Source: an uncultured Duganella sp.
GTDB lineage: Bacteria; Pseudomonadota; Gammaproteobacteria; Burkholderiales; Burkholderiaceae_D
DNA: 64,000 nucleotides
Direction of reading: 5' to 3'
Assembly (NCBI GenBank): GCA_966077345.1
Contig: CBHREK010000010.1
Span: forward strand, 18,877-82,876
Position 1 is the first letter of the stretch. Every line of letters begins with the position of its first letter. The position numbers and the translations under genes were made by a program. Below the pieces are notes generated by a model. It searched no databases, was not told the DNA's origin, and saw only the letters and a list, made by a program, of their open reading frames with translations. Shown here piece after piece: positions 31,422 through 41,525 of this stretch.

Positions 31422-33023
31422 CTAGATCATACACAAAAGCGCTGCCTTTTCCGCAATCATGATTACCGGGGAATTCGTGTTACCGGAAGTAATGGTAGGC
31501 ATCACGGAAGCGTCCGCGATGCGCAACCCGCGAACGCCGCGAACCCGCAATTCGCTGTCAACCACGGCCGAAACGTCGTCCGCACGGCCCATTTTGCAGG
31601 TGCCGACCGGGTGGAAAATCGTGGTGCCGATGGACCCCGCTGCTTCGGCCAACTCCTCGTCAGTGCGAAAATGCACACCGGGTTTGCATTCTTCCGGCCT
31701 GTATTTCGCCAGCGCCGGCGCCGCAACGATCTTGCGCGTGAGGTTCAGCGCGGCCGCGGCGACGCGCCGGTCTTCGTCGGTGCTCAGGTACATCGGCGTA
31801 ATTTTCGGCGGCGCGTATGAGTCGGCCGAAGCGATGCGCACATGGCCGCGCGAGGTCGGACGCAGGTTGCAAACGCTGGCCGTGAAAGCAGGGAAGTCGT
31901 GCAGCGGTTCGCCAAAGCGCTCCAGCGACAGCGGCTGCACGTGGTATTCCAGGTTCGGCGTGGCTTGCTCCGGGCCTGATCGTGCAAACGCGCCCATTTG
32001 CGAAGGCGCCATCGACATCGGCCCGCTCTGGAACAAAGCATATTCAAGCCCAATGCGTGCCTTGCCCAACCAGCTTGAAGCCAGCGTATTCAAGGTCCGC
32101 GCACCCTGGACTTTGAACACCATGCGCAGTTGCAGGTGATCCTGCAGGTTGGCTCCAACGCCGGGCAAATCATGCACCGGCTCCACGCCTGCTTGCGCCA
32201 GCACTTCCGCCGGGCCAATGCCGGATAGCTGAAGAATCTGCGGCGTGCCGATTGCGCCAGCTGCCAACAGGGTCTCGCGCGCCTCCGCGTTCCAGCGCGT
32301 ACCGCCGCCGGTGAAAATGACGCCTTTGCAGACGCCCTCCTCCAGCACCAGTTTTTCAACGTGGCAGCCCGTCATCAGTGTCAGGTTGGGGCGCCCGGTC
32401 GCGGCACGCAAAAAAGCTTTTGCCGTATTCCAGCGGATGCCGCGCTTCTGGTTCACTTCGAAATAAGAGCAGCCGAAATTATCGCCGCGGTTGAAATCTT
32501 CGATCTTCGGGATGCCTGTCTGCTCCGCTGCATCACGGAACGCGTCGAGAATATCCCAACGCAGGCGCTGCTTTTCAACACGCCATTCGCCGCCGGCGCC
32601 GTGGAAGTCCGAAGCGCCGCCATGATGGTCTTCACTCTTACGGAACAGCGGCAAAACTTCCGACCAGCGCCAGCCTGGATCGCCACACATCTCGGCCCAT
32701 TGATCGTAGTCATTGGCCTGGCCGCGCATGTAAATCATGCCGTTGATCGAAGAACTGCCGCCGAGGACCTTGCCGCGCGGGTAAATCAGGCTGCGGCCGC
32801 CCAGGCCCACGTCCGGCTCCGTGCGAAACAGCCAGTCCGTGCGCGGATTATTGATGCAATGAAGGTAACCGACCGGGATATGGATCCAGACGTAATCGTC
32901 TTTTCCTCCCGCCTCGATTAGCAGCACTTGGTTTTTTGGATTTTGCGTCAGGCGATTCGCAAGCACACAGCCCGCCGTCCCTCCGCCCACGATGATGTAG
33001 TCAAACTGGCCCGCAGATTCCAA
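31422..33023 (-). CDS. GMC family oxidoreductase (choline dehydrogenase-like)
   Basis: DYIIVGGGTAG, RGKVLGGSSSING, GVGANLQDH, FHPVGTC, GNTN. TTG start at 33023 follows an AGGAGA SD. Confidence 0.9.
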   Translation of the reverse strand: MESAGQFDYIIVGGGTAGCVLANRLTQNPKNQVLLIEAGGKDDYVWIHIPVGYLHCINNPRTDWLFRTEPDVGLGGRSLIYPRGKVLGGSSSINGMIYMRGQANDYDQWAEMCGDPGWRWSEVLPLFRKSEDHHGGASDFHGAGGEWRVEKQRLRWDILDAFRDAAEQTGIPKIEDFNRGDNFGCSYFEVNQKRGIRWNTAKAFLRAATGRPNLTLMTGCHVEKLVLEEGVCKGVIFTGGGTRWNAEARETLLAAGAIGTPQILQLSGIGPAEVLAQAGVEPVHDLPGVGANLQDHLQLRMVFKVQGARTLNTLASSWLGKARIGLEYALFQSGPMSMAPSQMGAFARSGPEQATPNLEYHVQPLSLERFGEPLHDFPAFTASVCNLRPTSRGHVRIASADSYAPPKITPMYLSTDEDRRVAAAALNLTRKIVAAPALAKYRPEECKPGVHFRTDEELAEAAGSIGTTIFHPVGTCKMGRADDVSAVVDSELRVRGVRGLRIADASVMPTITSGNTNSPVIMIAEKAALLCMI

Positions 33024-33043
33024 GCTTTCTCCTGGTCCGAAGC

Positions 33044-33270
33044 TGTGGATAACGCTATGAATATCCACAGGCATCGTTTGTGAGTAAACAAGACTTCCCG
33101 AAAATCGCCCAAAATTGTCCAAAAACAGTCCGCAACTCACGCAAGGTTTACGCGCCTGCTTATACAGCTCGTAAACCCCTGATTTTTCTCCGCAAGCTGC
33201 ACTTATCCACAGAAAGTCGGGGTTGTTAACAACCACTACTACTTTGTATACACACTAATCTAACGTAAAC
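33044..33270. other. oriC-like module copy A (DnaA boxes plus DnaA-trio-like repeat)
   Basis: TGTGGATAA 33044-33052, ATATCCACA 33061-33069, TTATCCACA 33203-33211, ACTACTACT 33235-33243, then an AT-rich tract. Confidence 0.65.
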
Positions 33271-33330
33271 AAAACTCTCCACCTATACTGAACAAGAAAG
33301 TTGTTCCATGCAATTCGCCTGGAGGGGCTC

Positions 33331-36306
33331 TTGTCGACTACCGACGCCTATCGACGCTTTCGCAGGCGATTGCTCGTCACCATGACGATGCTCGCCTTGC
33401 TCGCCACGGCAGTCGTCGCCTGGCAACTCGCGTCATCTGCCAGCGATCGCGAACAGGCCATTCGCCAGCAAACCCAACACTACGCAAGGGCCATCGAAGC
33501 CCAGGTTCTAAGCACAATCGAGCTCTCCGACATCGCATTGCTCGGATTTGCCAGTGCAATCAAGGTCGCTCCCTACACCCCAGAGACCATCGACGGCCTG
33601 CTTTCCTCGCGTGGAGCTTCTTTCGGCAACAGTTTCTGGATTACTTTTATCGATCCAAACGGCTTTGCCACTGCAAGTTCGCGTGACATACCCGTCAGGG
33701 GCATCAACTATGCAGACCGCGATTACTTCCAGGCCCAGCTCAAGCCAGGCACCGGTCTCTTTGTCGGGGAACCAACCCGTGGCCGGATCTCAAATTCGCG
33801 GCTGTTCTTCCTCAGTCGTCGAGTTGAAGACGCTGAAGGCAAATTCCTGGGTGTGATAGTGGCTCCTATTGATGCCAGCAGACTCGCCGAAACCTTTGAA
33901 AATTCCCGTCTCAGCGAAGACGTCACCGTCACCTTGTTCCACATCAATGGCCATATCGTTGCTCGCGCTCCGCTCTTCGAACAAACCTTCAACCGCGACA
34001 TACGCGACTCAAACGTCTATCACGCCTTTGGCAGCAACCCGATCGGCACCATCGAAACAGTGAGTCCTATCGACAAAAAATCCCGCATCGCCAGCTACCG
34101 CAAACTGCCAAACCTGCCCTTGGTCGTTACTGTCGGCAGTTCCAACGTCGGCCTGGCGCTGATCTCGCAACGCCAATTGCTTATCGCCAGCATGGCGCTT
34201 TTCCTGATTTTCACGCTGATCGTTGCCGCGATCATTTATGCCCTGCGCTCCTTTTCCGCAGCAGAAGATCGCGAAAACCGCTATCGCGCCCTCTATGCAA
34301 CGTCGACACAGACCGAAAAGAAACTGGCCAGCAGCGAACAGCGCCTGCGCCTGATAGCCGACAACCTGCCGATCGTGATTGCTTACATGGATCGCGACGG
34401 GCATTACTCGTTCAAGAATCGACGCTTTGCTGAAACTTACGGCAGTGGAGAAAACATCCAGCAAGTACTGCCTCCAGACCTGTACGCGGAAACAAAGCCT
34501 CACCTGGAACGCGCGTTTGCCGGCGAAACCGTCCATTTCGAACGCGGGATGAAGCGGATAGACCAGGAATGCTGCGATGCCATCACTTACGTGCCCGATC
34601 GCGATGAACATGGAAAAGTAATCGGCCTGTTCGTCATGGCAGAAGACATCAGCGAGCGTAAGCGCCACGAAGAATCCAGCAAACTTGCCACGCTGATGTA
34701 CGAAAATGCCAGCGAAGGCATGATGGTGACCGATGCAGAGGGCCGCATCCTGTCCGTGAACCCTGCTTTCTCCCAGATCAGCGGTTATGCACCAGAAGAA
34801 GTCATCGGCCACCTGGCTTACGAACTCACTTCAAGCCACCAGGACATCAAGTTCTACAGCCGTATGCGTCAAACCATTACCCATACCGGCTACTGGGAAG
34901 GCGAAATCTGGCACCAGCACAAGAACGGCGACCATTACCTGGTCTCGCTGCGCTTCAATACCGTCTTCGATAACAAAGGCAATGCGCTGCGCCACGTCGC
35001 CCTGTTCACCGATATCACGAAGAAGAAAGCGACTGAAGAAGCGATCTGGAAGCAAGCCAACTTCGACACCCTTACGGGCTTGCCCAACCGGCGCATGTTC
35101 AACGACCGCCTGCGCCAGGAGATCAAAAAAGCAGCCCGCGACCAATTGCCCATGGCGCTGATCTTCATCGACCTGGATGGATTCAAAGCCGTCAACGATA
35201 CGCTTGGCCACGACTTTGGCGACATCCTGCTTAAACAAGTGGCAGAGCGCCTGCTCCAATGCGTGCGCAATACCGATACCGTGGCCCGTCTTGGCGGCGA
35301 TGAATTTACGGTCATCCTCAGCGAACTCAAAGAACCCGGCGACGTGGTCCGGATCGTGCAGGAAATCCTGCATAGCCTGGCCAGGCCGTTCCAGCTCAAG
35401 CACGAAATCGCCCATATTTCCGGCAGCGTGGGCATTTCGCTATTCCCTGACGATGGCGACGATGCGGAAGTGCTCATCAAAAACGCTGACCAGGCCATGT
35501 ATCTCGCCAAACAGCAGGGCCGCAACCGCTTCAACTACTTCGCGCCCTTCATGCAGGAAGCCAGCCAGATGCGCATCGAACTCGCAAACGAGCTACGTAA
35601 CGCATTGAAAAACAGGGAGTTACGACTGCTCTTCCAGCCAATCCGCAACCTGGCAACAGACAAAGTAGAAATGGCCGAAGCGCTGATTCGCTGGGAGCAT
35701 CCGCAGCGAGGCTTGCTCAAGCCGGCCGAATTCATAGGCGTTGCTGAAAATACCGGCATCATCGCCGCCATCGGCGAATGGGTCTTCCAGGAAGCTGCAG
35801 CGCTGGCGGCCAGCTTTGGCAATGGCTTCAAAGTCTGCGTGAACAAATCGGCCTGGCAGTTCCGTCATGAAGCAGTGGGCGTCGATCATTGGCTCGAGCT
35901 GCTGAAAGAACAGGCACTCTCGCCTCGATCAATGGTCATCGAGGTAACGGAAGGGCTGCTATTGGAGGCCAACCGCGAAGTCGTACAGCGTGTGCAGTCA
36001 TTGAGGGACGCCGATCTCCAGATTTCGCTGGACGATTTCGGGCATGGCTACTCGTCCCTGAACTTCCTGAAGCGTTTCAAGATCGATTTCCTCAAGCTGG
36101 ACACCAGTTTCAGCGACAACCAGCTCCTGTGCGAGGCAATCGTCACCATGGCGCACAAGCTAGACATCAAAGTCATCGCCGAAAAGGTCGAAAACGAAGC
36201 CCAACTGAAAATTTTGATGGCTGCAGGTTGCGATTTTGGCCAGGGATACCTGTTCGGAGAGCCAATTTCTGCTGAAAAACTACACCGCCTGTTGATAAGT
36301 CAATGA
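33331..36306 (+). CDS. Membrane Cache-PAS-PAS-GGDEF-EAL c-di-GMP signalling protein
   Basis: TM-Cache-TM; PAS EGMMVTDAEG; RNTD I-site plus RLGGDEF; EALIRW, DDFGHGYSSL, GQGYLF. TTG start after GGAGG assumed (ORF open from 33301). Confidence 0.92.
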   Translation: MSTTDAYRRFRRRLLVTMTMLALLATAVVAWQLASSASDREQAIRQQTQHYARAIEAQVLSTIELSDIALLGFASAIKVAPYTPETIDGLLSSRGASFGNSFWITFIDPNGFATASSRDIPVRGINYADRDYFQAQLKPGTGLFVGEPTRGRISNSRLFFLSRRVEDAEGKFLGVIVAPIDASRLAETFENSRLSEDVTVTLFHINGHIVARAPLFEQTFNRDIRDSNVYHAFGSNPIGTIETVSPIDKKSRIASYRKLPNLPLVVTVGSSNVGLALISQRQLLIASMALFLIFTLIVAAIIYALRSFSAAEDRENRYRALYATSTQTEKKLASSEQRLRLIADNLPIVIAYMDRDGHYSFKNRRFAETYGSGENIQQVLPPDLYAETKPHLERAFAGETVHFERGMKRIDQECCDAITYVPDRDEHGKVIGLFVMAEDISERKRHEESSKLATLMYENASEGMMVTDAEGRILSVNPAFSQISGYAPEEVIGHLAYELTSSHQDIKFYSRMRQTITHTGYWEGEIWHQHKNGDHYLVSLRFNTVFDNKGNALRHVALFTDITKKKATEEAIWKQANFDTLTGLPNRRMFNDRLRQEIKKAARDQLPMALIFIDLDGFKAVNDTLGHDFGDILLKQVAERLLQCVRNTDTVARLGGDEFTVILSELKEPGDVVRIVQEILHSLARPFQLKHEIAHISGSVGISLFPDDGDDAEVLIKNADQAMYLAKQQGRNRFNYFAPFMQEASQMRIELANELRNALKNRELRLLFQPIRNLATDKVEMAEALIRWEHPQRGLLKPAEFIGVAENTGIIAAIGEWVFQEAAALAASFGNGFKVCVNKSAWQFRHEAVGVDHWLELLKEQALSPRSMVIEVTEGLLLEANREVVQRVQSLRDADLQISLDDFGHGYSSLNFLKRFKIDFLKLDTSFSDNQLLCEAIVTMAHKLDIKVIAEKVENEAQLKILMAAGCDFGQGYLFGEPISAEKLHRLLISQ

Positions 36307-36520
36307 ATATCCACAGGATCGAATGTGCGTAAACACCATTTTTGAGTTCACGCACAAAATTTGTTCAGAACTCATCCGATTTAGACGCAGTTCTTGTCCA
36401 GCCAGTTCTACAATTCGTAAACTTCTGATTCTGTGGATGTTAACAGGTTTATCCACAGACAGGGTCGCGTTTACTATCTACTACTATCCTTTCGTATACA
36501 ACTTTAAATAAATAGAGGAC
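36290..36520. other. oriC-like module copy B (best oriC/unwinding candidate)
   Basis: TGTTGATAA 36290-36298, ATATCCACA 36307-36315, TGTGGATGT 36432-36440, TTATCCACA 36449-36457, GC-rich spacer, TACTATCTACTACTAT 36472-36487, AT-rich tail. Confidence 0.7.
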
Positions 36521-36529
36521 AACTCACGC

Positions 36530-37233
36530 ATGCGTCTCGGGATCATTTCAGCCTTGGCAGAAGAACAACAGGGTCTACTGGAAGCCATGGAGAGCCCCTA
36601 CAAGCTCATCCACGGTAAGCGTGAGTCACAGCCGGAAAACTCTGGAAAATCGATTCTGTGGCCGTTTTATCGCGAATTGGAAAGGTCGCTGCAGCAGTCA
36701 CAGCTGCGACACTTGTGGAGAAGTTCAACGTTACCCACATTATTTTTACCGGCGTCGCCGGTTCTGCAGACCTTGGGGTTCGAATTGGAGACGTTGTCGT
36801 CGCGGATTCCCTGGCTCAACACGATTTTGATGCCAGCCCGCTGTTCCCACGCTTCGAAATTCCCCTGACAGGCCTATCGCGCATGCCTACAGACCGTGAA
36901 TTGAGCCTGAAACTGAGCCTGGCTACACGCGAATTCCTGCAAAACGATGCACAAGTGCACCGAGGCCTCATTGGCAGCGGAGATCAATTCATCAAAGACC
37001 GGGCCCATCTGGAAGCCCTGAAAGACGCACTGCCTGAATTATTGGCAGTGGAAATGGAAGGCGCAGCAGTCGCCCAGGTCTGTCACGAACTGGGAGTGCC
37101 GTTTGCCATCATGAGGACGATTTCGGACAACGCAAATGAAGAAGCGGCGACGGATTTCATGCACTTTGTGCAAACCGTCGCCGCTCGCTACGCATATGGC
37201 GTCATCCAGAACTTCTGCAAATCGCTTACTTGA
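36530..37233 (+). pseudogene. mtnN: 5'-methylthioadenosine/S-adenosylhomocysteine nucleosidase, split by a 1-nt frameshift near 36626
   Basis: N-terminus MRLGIISALAEE..GKRE in one frame; TAGKLWKIDSVAVLSRIGKVAAA..FTGVAG..VEMEGAAVAQ..RTISD in another. Sequencing error cannot be excluded. Confidence 0.8.
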
Positions 37234-37681
37234 TCGGCAGTTTGGTGGTGTTTTTGACTTCTTCCATCACCGCATAAGTGTGCGTCTCGCGCACACCCTT
37301 CTGCAGCAGAGTTTTGCCAAGGAATTCACGGTAAGCCGCCATATCCTTCACGCGAGCCTTGACCAGGTAATCAAAACCGCCTGCGACCATATGGCATTCC
37401 AGGACCTCTGGGATCAGTTGAACGCTATGTTTGAAGGCATCAAACACCTCCGGCGTCGTCCGATCCAATACAACTTCGATGAACACCAGCAGCGAAACAT
37501 CCAGTAGCTGCGGGTTCAGCTGAGCCGTATAACCCATGATATAGCCTGCTTCGTGCAATTTTCGCACCCGCTCCAGGCAAGCGGCAGGCGAGAGGTTCAC
37601 TCGCGCAGCCAATTCAACGTTGCTGATCCGGCCATCGTTCTGCAACTCGGCCAGAATCTTCTTACTGATCTTGTCCAGCAT
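37226..37681 (-). CDS. putR: Lrp/AsnC family regulator divergent from putA (PutR-like)
   Basis: LDKISKKILAELQNDGRISNVELA, ECHMVAGGFDY; divergent position. Confidence 0.8.
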   Translation of the reverse strand: MLDKISKKILAELQNDGRISNVELAARVNLSPAACLERVRKLHEAGYIMGYTAQLNPQLLDVSLLVFIEVVLDRTTPEVFDAFKHSVQLIPEVLECHMVAGGFDYLVKARVKDMAAYREFLGKTLLQKGVRETHTYAVMEEVKNTTKLPIK

Positions 37682-37893
37682 TACATCCCCACTTTTAATT
37701 TTATTCGGTCAAATTCTCTCACCAAAAACTATCTATTGCTAGTAATAAGTATTACCAGAATTAATCCGAGCGATTCCGCCGTACAATCGAATCATTAGTT
37801 GCACTGCACAACACGCCCGCGCAAACAGCGTTTGCCGGGCGTGTTTTCGTAGGTGCCAAACGATTTTTTACATACTAGCCAATAGAGACATTC

Positions 37894-40800
37894 ATGCATC
37901 TGAACACCACTCCGTTCGCCGCACTTCAAGCAGAAATCCTGCGAGATCCGACTCCGCTGCGCAGCGCCATCACTGCTGCGTATCGCCGCGACGAACAAAC
38001 TGCCGTGCAATGGCTGCTGTCGCAAATTAACGTCGGTTCGCCGGAAACGACCCAGGATGCACAGTCACTGGCCAAGCGCCTGGTGACCGCTGTTCGTGAA
38101 AAACGTACCCGTTCTTCCGGCGTGGATGCGCTGATGCATCAATTCTCGCTGTCGTCCGAAGAAGGTATCGCTTTGATGTGCCTGGCTGAAGCGCTGTTGC
38201 GTATTCCAGACTCGGCAACCGCCGACCGCCTGATCGCCGATAAGATTTCCAAGGGCGACTGGCGCAAACACCTGGGCGAATCGCCTTCGATGTTCGTGAA
38301 TGCAGCGACCTGGGGCCTGCTGATTACCGGCAAGCTGGTCAGCTCCTCCAGCGAAGAAGGCCTGGGTTCGGCCATTACCAGCCTGATTGCCAAAGGCGGC
38401 GAACCACTGATTCGCAAAGGCGTGGACCTGGCAATGCGCATGCTGGGCAACCAATTTGTCACCGGCCAGACCATCGATGAAGCGATCAAGAACGGCAAGG
38501 ACAACGAAGCCCGCGGCTATCGCTATTCCTACGACATGCTGGGTGAAGCAGCGCTGACCGAAGCCGATGCAGCCAACTACTACGCCGCTTACGAAAAAGC
38601 GATCCACGCGATTGGCAAGGCATCGAACGGCCGCGGCATCCGCAATGGCCCTGGCATTTCCGTCAAACTGTCTGCACTGCACCCACGCTACAGCCGCGCC
38701 CAGCGCGAACGCGTGATGTCCGAACTGCTGCCGCGCCTGACTGCCCTGGTCAAGCTGGCCAAGGGCTACAACATCGGCCTGAACATCGACGCCGAAGAAG
38801 CCGATCGCCTGGAACTGTCGCTGGACCTGATGGAAGCAATGGCCTTCAACCCGGAACTGGAAGGCTTCGACGGCATCGGCTTCGTGGTGCAGGCTTACCA
38901 GAAGCGCTGCCCATTCGTGATCGACTACCTGGTAGACCTGGCAAAGCGCAGCGGCCGCAAGTTCATGGTGCGCCTGGTGAAAGGCGCTTACTGGGATGCC
39001 GAAATCAAGCGCGCCCAGGTTGACGGCATGCCTGGATACCCGGTCTACACCCGCAAGGTCTACACCGACGTCTCCTACCTCGCTTGCGCGCAGCGCCTGC
39101 TGGCTGCGACCGACGTGATCTACGCGCAATTCGCGACCCACAACGCACAAACCCTTTCCACGATTTACACCTGGGCCAAGCGCGACGGCATCAACGGCTA
39201 TGAGTTCCAATGCCTGCACGGCATGGGCGAAACCTTGTACGACCAGGTGGTCGGCGCTGAAAACCTGGACAAGGCTTGCCGCATCTATGCACCGGTCGGT
39301 TCGCACGAAACCCTGCTGGCCTACCTGGTACGCCGCCTGCTCGAAAACGGCGCCAACTCCTCGTTCGTCAACCAGATCGTCGACGAAAGCATCCCGGTTG
39401 ATTCGCTGATTTCGAACCCAATCGAAGTGGCACGCAGCCTGAATGGCCAGCCGCACACCGGAATCGCCCTGCCGCTGGACATGTTCGGCGCCGAGCGCAA
39501 GAACTCCACCGGCATCGACCTCTCGAACGAAGACGTGCTGCGCGAAGTATCGCAGGCGCTGGCACAACCGCGTAGCTGGAATGCCGGCCCGCTGCTGGCA
39601 GTTAAAGCCAGCGACGGCCAGGCCTCCCAACCGGTGATCAATCCGGCTCGCAAAGACGATGTAGTCGGCTCCGTGACCGAAGCGACAGCCGAAGACGTCA
39701 ACAACGCCCTGAACGCCGCCAGCCAATTCGCCATGGATTGGCAAACCACCGAGCCATCGCAACGCGCCGCCTGCCTGGATCGCGCTGCCGACCTGTTCGA
39801 GACCCACAAACTTGAGCTGATGGCGCTGGCCGTGCGTGAAGCAGGCAAATCGCTGCCGAACGCCATTGCCGAAGTACGCGAAGCAGTCGACTTCCTGCGC
39901 TATTACGCCGTACAGGTGCGCGGTTCCACCAATACGCTGGCGCTGGGCCCTGTGACCTGCATCAGCCCATGGAACTTCCCGCTGGCGATCTTCACCGGCC
40001 AGGCTGCTGCAGCACTGGCGGCCGGCAACGTGGTGCTCGCAAAACCAGCAGAACAAACCCCATTGATCGCCCAGCGCGCAGTAGAACTGCTGCACGAAGC
40101 CGGCGTACCGCGCGCCGCACTGCAATTCCTGCCAGGCCGCGGCGAAGTGGTTGGCGCAGGCCTGTGCAACGATGCACGCGTTAAAGGCGTGATCTTCACC
40201 GGTTCCACCGAAGTAGCGCAACTGATCAACCGCACACTCGCCAAGCGCGCCGCTGCTGAAAATGTGGACATCCCGCTGATCGCCGAAACCGGCGGCCAGA
40301 ACGCCATGATCGTCGACTCCTCCTCGCTGCCGGAACAAGTGGTGGGCGACGCGATTTCGTCCGCCTTCGACAGCGCCGGCCAGCGCTGCTCCGCCCTGCG
40401 CGTGCTGTTCCTGCAGGAAGACATCGCCGACAAGACCATCAAGATGCTCAAAGGCGCGATGAAGGAACTGCGAATCGGCTCGCCGGACCGCCTGGTGACC
40501 GACATCGGACCGGTGATCGACAAGGAAGCGCAGCAAAACCTGCTGAACCACATCGAAAAAGTACGCGCCCACGCCAAGGCCAGCTTCTCGCTGGAAGTGC
40601 CAGGCGCCGACGCCGGCACTTTCGTGCCGCCGACCGTGCTGGAAATCCGATCCCTGTCCGAGCTGACCAAGGAAGTATTCGGCCCCGTGATGCACGTGAT
40701 CCGCTACAAGCGTTCCGAACTGCCAAAAGTGATTGAGCAGATCAACGGCAGCGGCTTTGGCCTGACCCTGGGCGTGCACTCGCGTATCGACGAAACCATC

Positions 40801-41523
40801 GACTACATCACTTCCAGCGCGCACGTCGGCAACATCTACGTGAACCGCAATATCGTGGGTGCCGTGGTGGGTGTGCAGCCGTTTGGCGGTGAAGGCAAAT
40901 CCGGCACCGGCCCGAAAGCCGGCGGCCCGCTGTACCTGAAACGCCTGCAGCGCGGCGCCGTCACACTGGACCGCCACCAGCGCCAAAGCGTGCCAGCGAT
41001 CGATTCGCTGGCCGCATGGGCCAAGGCACAAGGCAAGAGCCGCCTGGCCGCGCATATCGAAAGCTATGCACGCACCACGCCGGTGGGCAGCCTGATCGCC
41101 CTGCCAGGACCGACCGGCGAGCGCAATACGCTGGCCTACGTCCCACGCGGCAATATCGCCTGCTTCGCGTCGAATACGGAAGTGCTGCTGAACCAGGTAG
41201 CGGCCGCCCTGTCGACCGGCAACCGCGCCCTGGTCGTTGAAGGCGCCCTGCCAGCAGACCTGCCAGCCGACGTAAAAGCAGCGATCCAGACGGTATCTGC
41301 CGCCGACCTCGCCAAGGCCGACTTCCAGATCGCACTGGTGGAATCCAGCCTCGGCGCCAAGCTGCGCCCAGAACTGGCCGCACGCGACGGCGCGATCGTC
41401 TCAGTAATCGATACGACAGAAGAAGGCGACATCCCCCTGTGGCGCCTGGTGGCCGAACGCGCCCTGTGCGTCAACACCACCGCCGCCGGCGGCAACGCCA
41501 GCCTGATGACCCTCGACGCCTAA
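37894..41523 (+). CDS. putA: Bifunctional proline dehydrogenase / P5C dehydrogenase (no N-terminal RHH)
   Basis: SYDMLGE, VRLVKGAYWD, FATHN, ETGGQN, SAGQRCSALR, QPFGGEGKSGTG. Confidence 0.97.
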   Translation: MHLNTTPFAALQAEILRDPTPLRSAITAAYRRDEQTAVQWLLSQINVGSPETTQDAQSLAKRLVTAVREKRTRSSGVDALMHQFSLSSEEGIALMCLAEALLRIPDSATADRLIADKISKGDWRKHLGESPSMFVNAATWGLLITGKLVSSSSEEGLGSAITSLIAKGGEPLIRKGVDLAMRMLGNQFVTGQTIDEAIKNGKDNEARGYRYSYDMLGEAALTEADAANYYAAYEKAIHAIGKASNGRGIRNGPGISVKLSALHPRYSRAQRERVMSELLPRLTALVKLAKGYNIGLNIDAEEADRLELSLDLMEAMAFNPELEGFDGIGFVVQAYQKRCPFVIDYLVDLAKRSGRKFMVRLVKGAYWDAEIKRAQVDGMPGYPVYTRKVYTDVSYLACAQRLLAATDVIYAQFATHNAQTLSTIYTWAKRDGINGYEFQCLHGMGETLYDQVVGAENLDKACRIYAPVGSHETLLAYLVRRLLENGANSSFVNQIVDESIPVDSLISNPIEVARSLNGQPHTGIALPLDMFGAERKNSTGIDLSNEDVLREVSQALAQPRSWNAGPLLAVKASDGQASQPVINPARKDDVVGSVTEATAEDVNNALNAASQFAMDWQTTEPSQRAACLDRAADLFETHKLELMALAVREAGKSLPNAIAEVREAVDFLRYYAVQVRGSTNTLALGPVTCISPWNFPLAIFTGQAAAALAAGNVVLAKPAEQTPLIAQRAVELLHEAGVPRAALQFLPGRGEVVGAGLCNDARVKGVIFTGSTEVAQLINRTLAKRAAAENVDIPLIAETGGQNAMIVDSSSLPEQVVGDAISSAFDSAGQRCSALRVLFLQEDIADKTIKMLKGAMKELRIGSPDRLVTDIGPVIDKEAQQNLLNHIEKVRAHAKASFSLEVPGADAGTFVPPTVLEIRSLSELTKEVFGPVMHVIRYKRSELPKVIEQINGSGFGLTLGVHSRIDETIDYITSSAHVGNIYVNRNIVGAVVGVQPFGGEGKSGTGPKAGGPLYLKRLQRGAVTLDRHQRQSVPAIDSLAAWAKAQGKSRLAAHIESYARTTPVGSLIALPGPTGERNTLAYVPRGNIACFASNTEVLLNQVAAALSTGNRALVVEGALPADLPADVKAAIQTVSAADLAKADFQIALVESSLGAKLRPELAARDGAIVSVIDTTEEGDIPLWRLVAERALCVNTTAAGGNASLMTLDA

Positions 41524-41525
41524 AC

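Noticed and set aside
33024-33236. N-terminal extension of the GMC ORF
   Set aside because: Crosses DnaA-box DNA; an SD plus TTG at 33023 gives a normal start.
36530-36868. Independent 112-aa protein
   Set aside because: It is the frameshifted 5' part of mtnN reading into nonsense.
37798-37803. GTTGCA PutA autorepression box
   Set aside because: Single copy; this PutA lacks the RHH DNA-binding domain and an Lrp-type regulator is adjacent.
38065-41055. 996-aa minus-strand ORF opposite putA (likewise 48863-50641 opposite glmS)
   Set aside because: Codon-register shadow of a well-supported gene.
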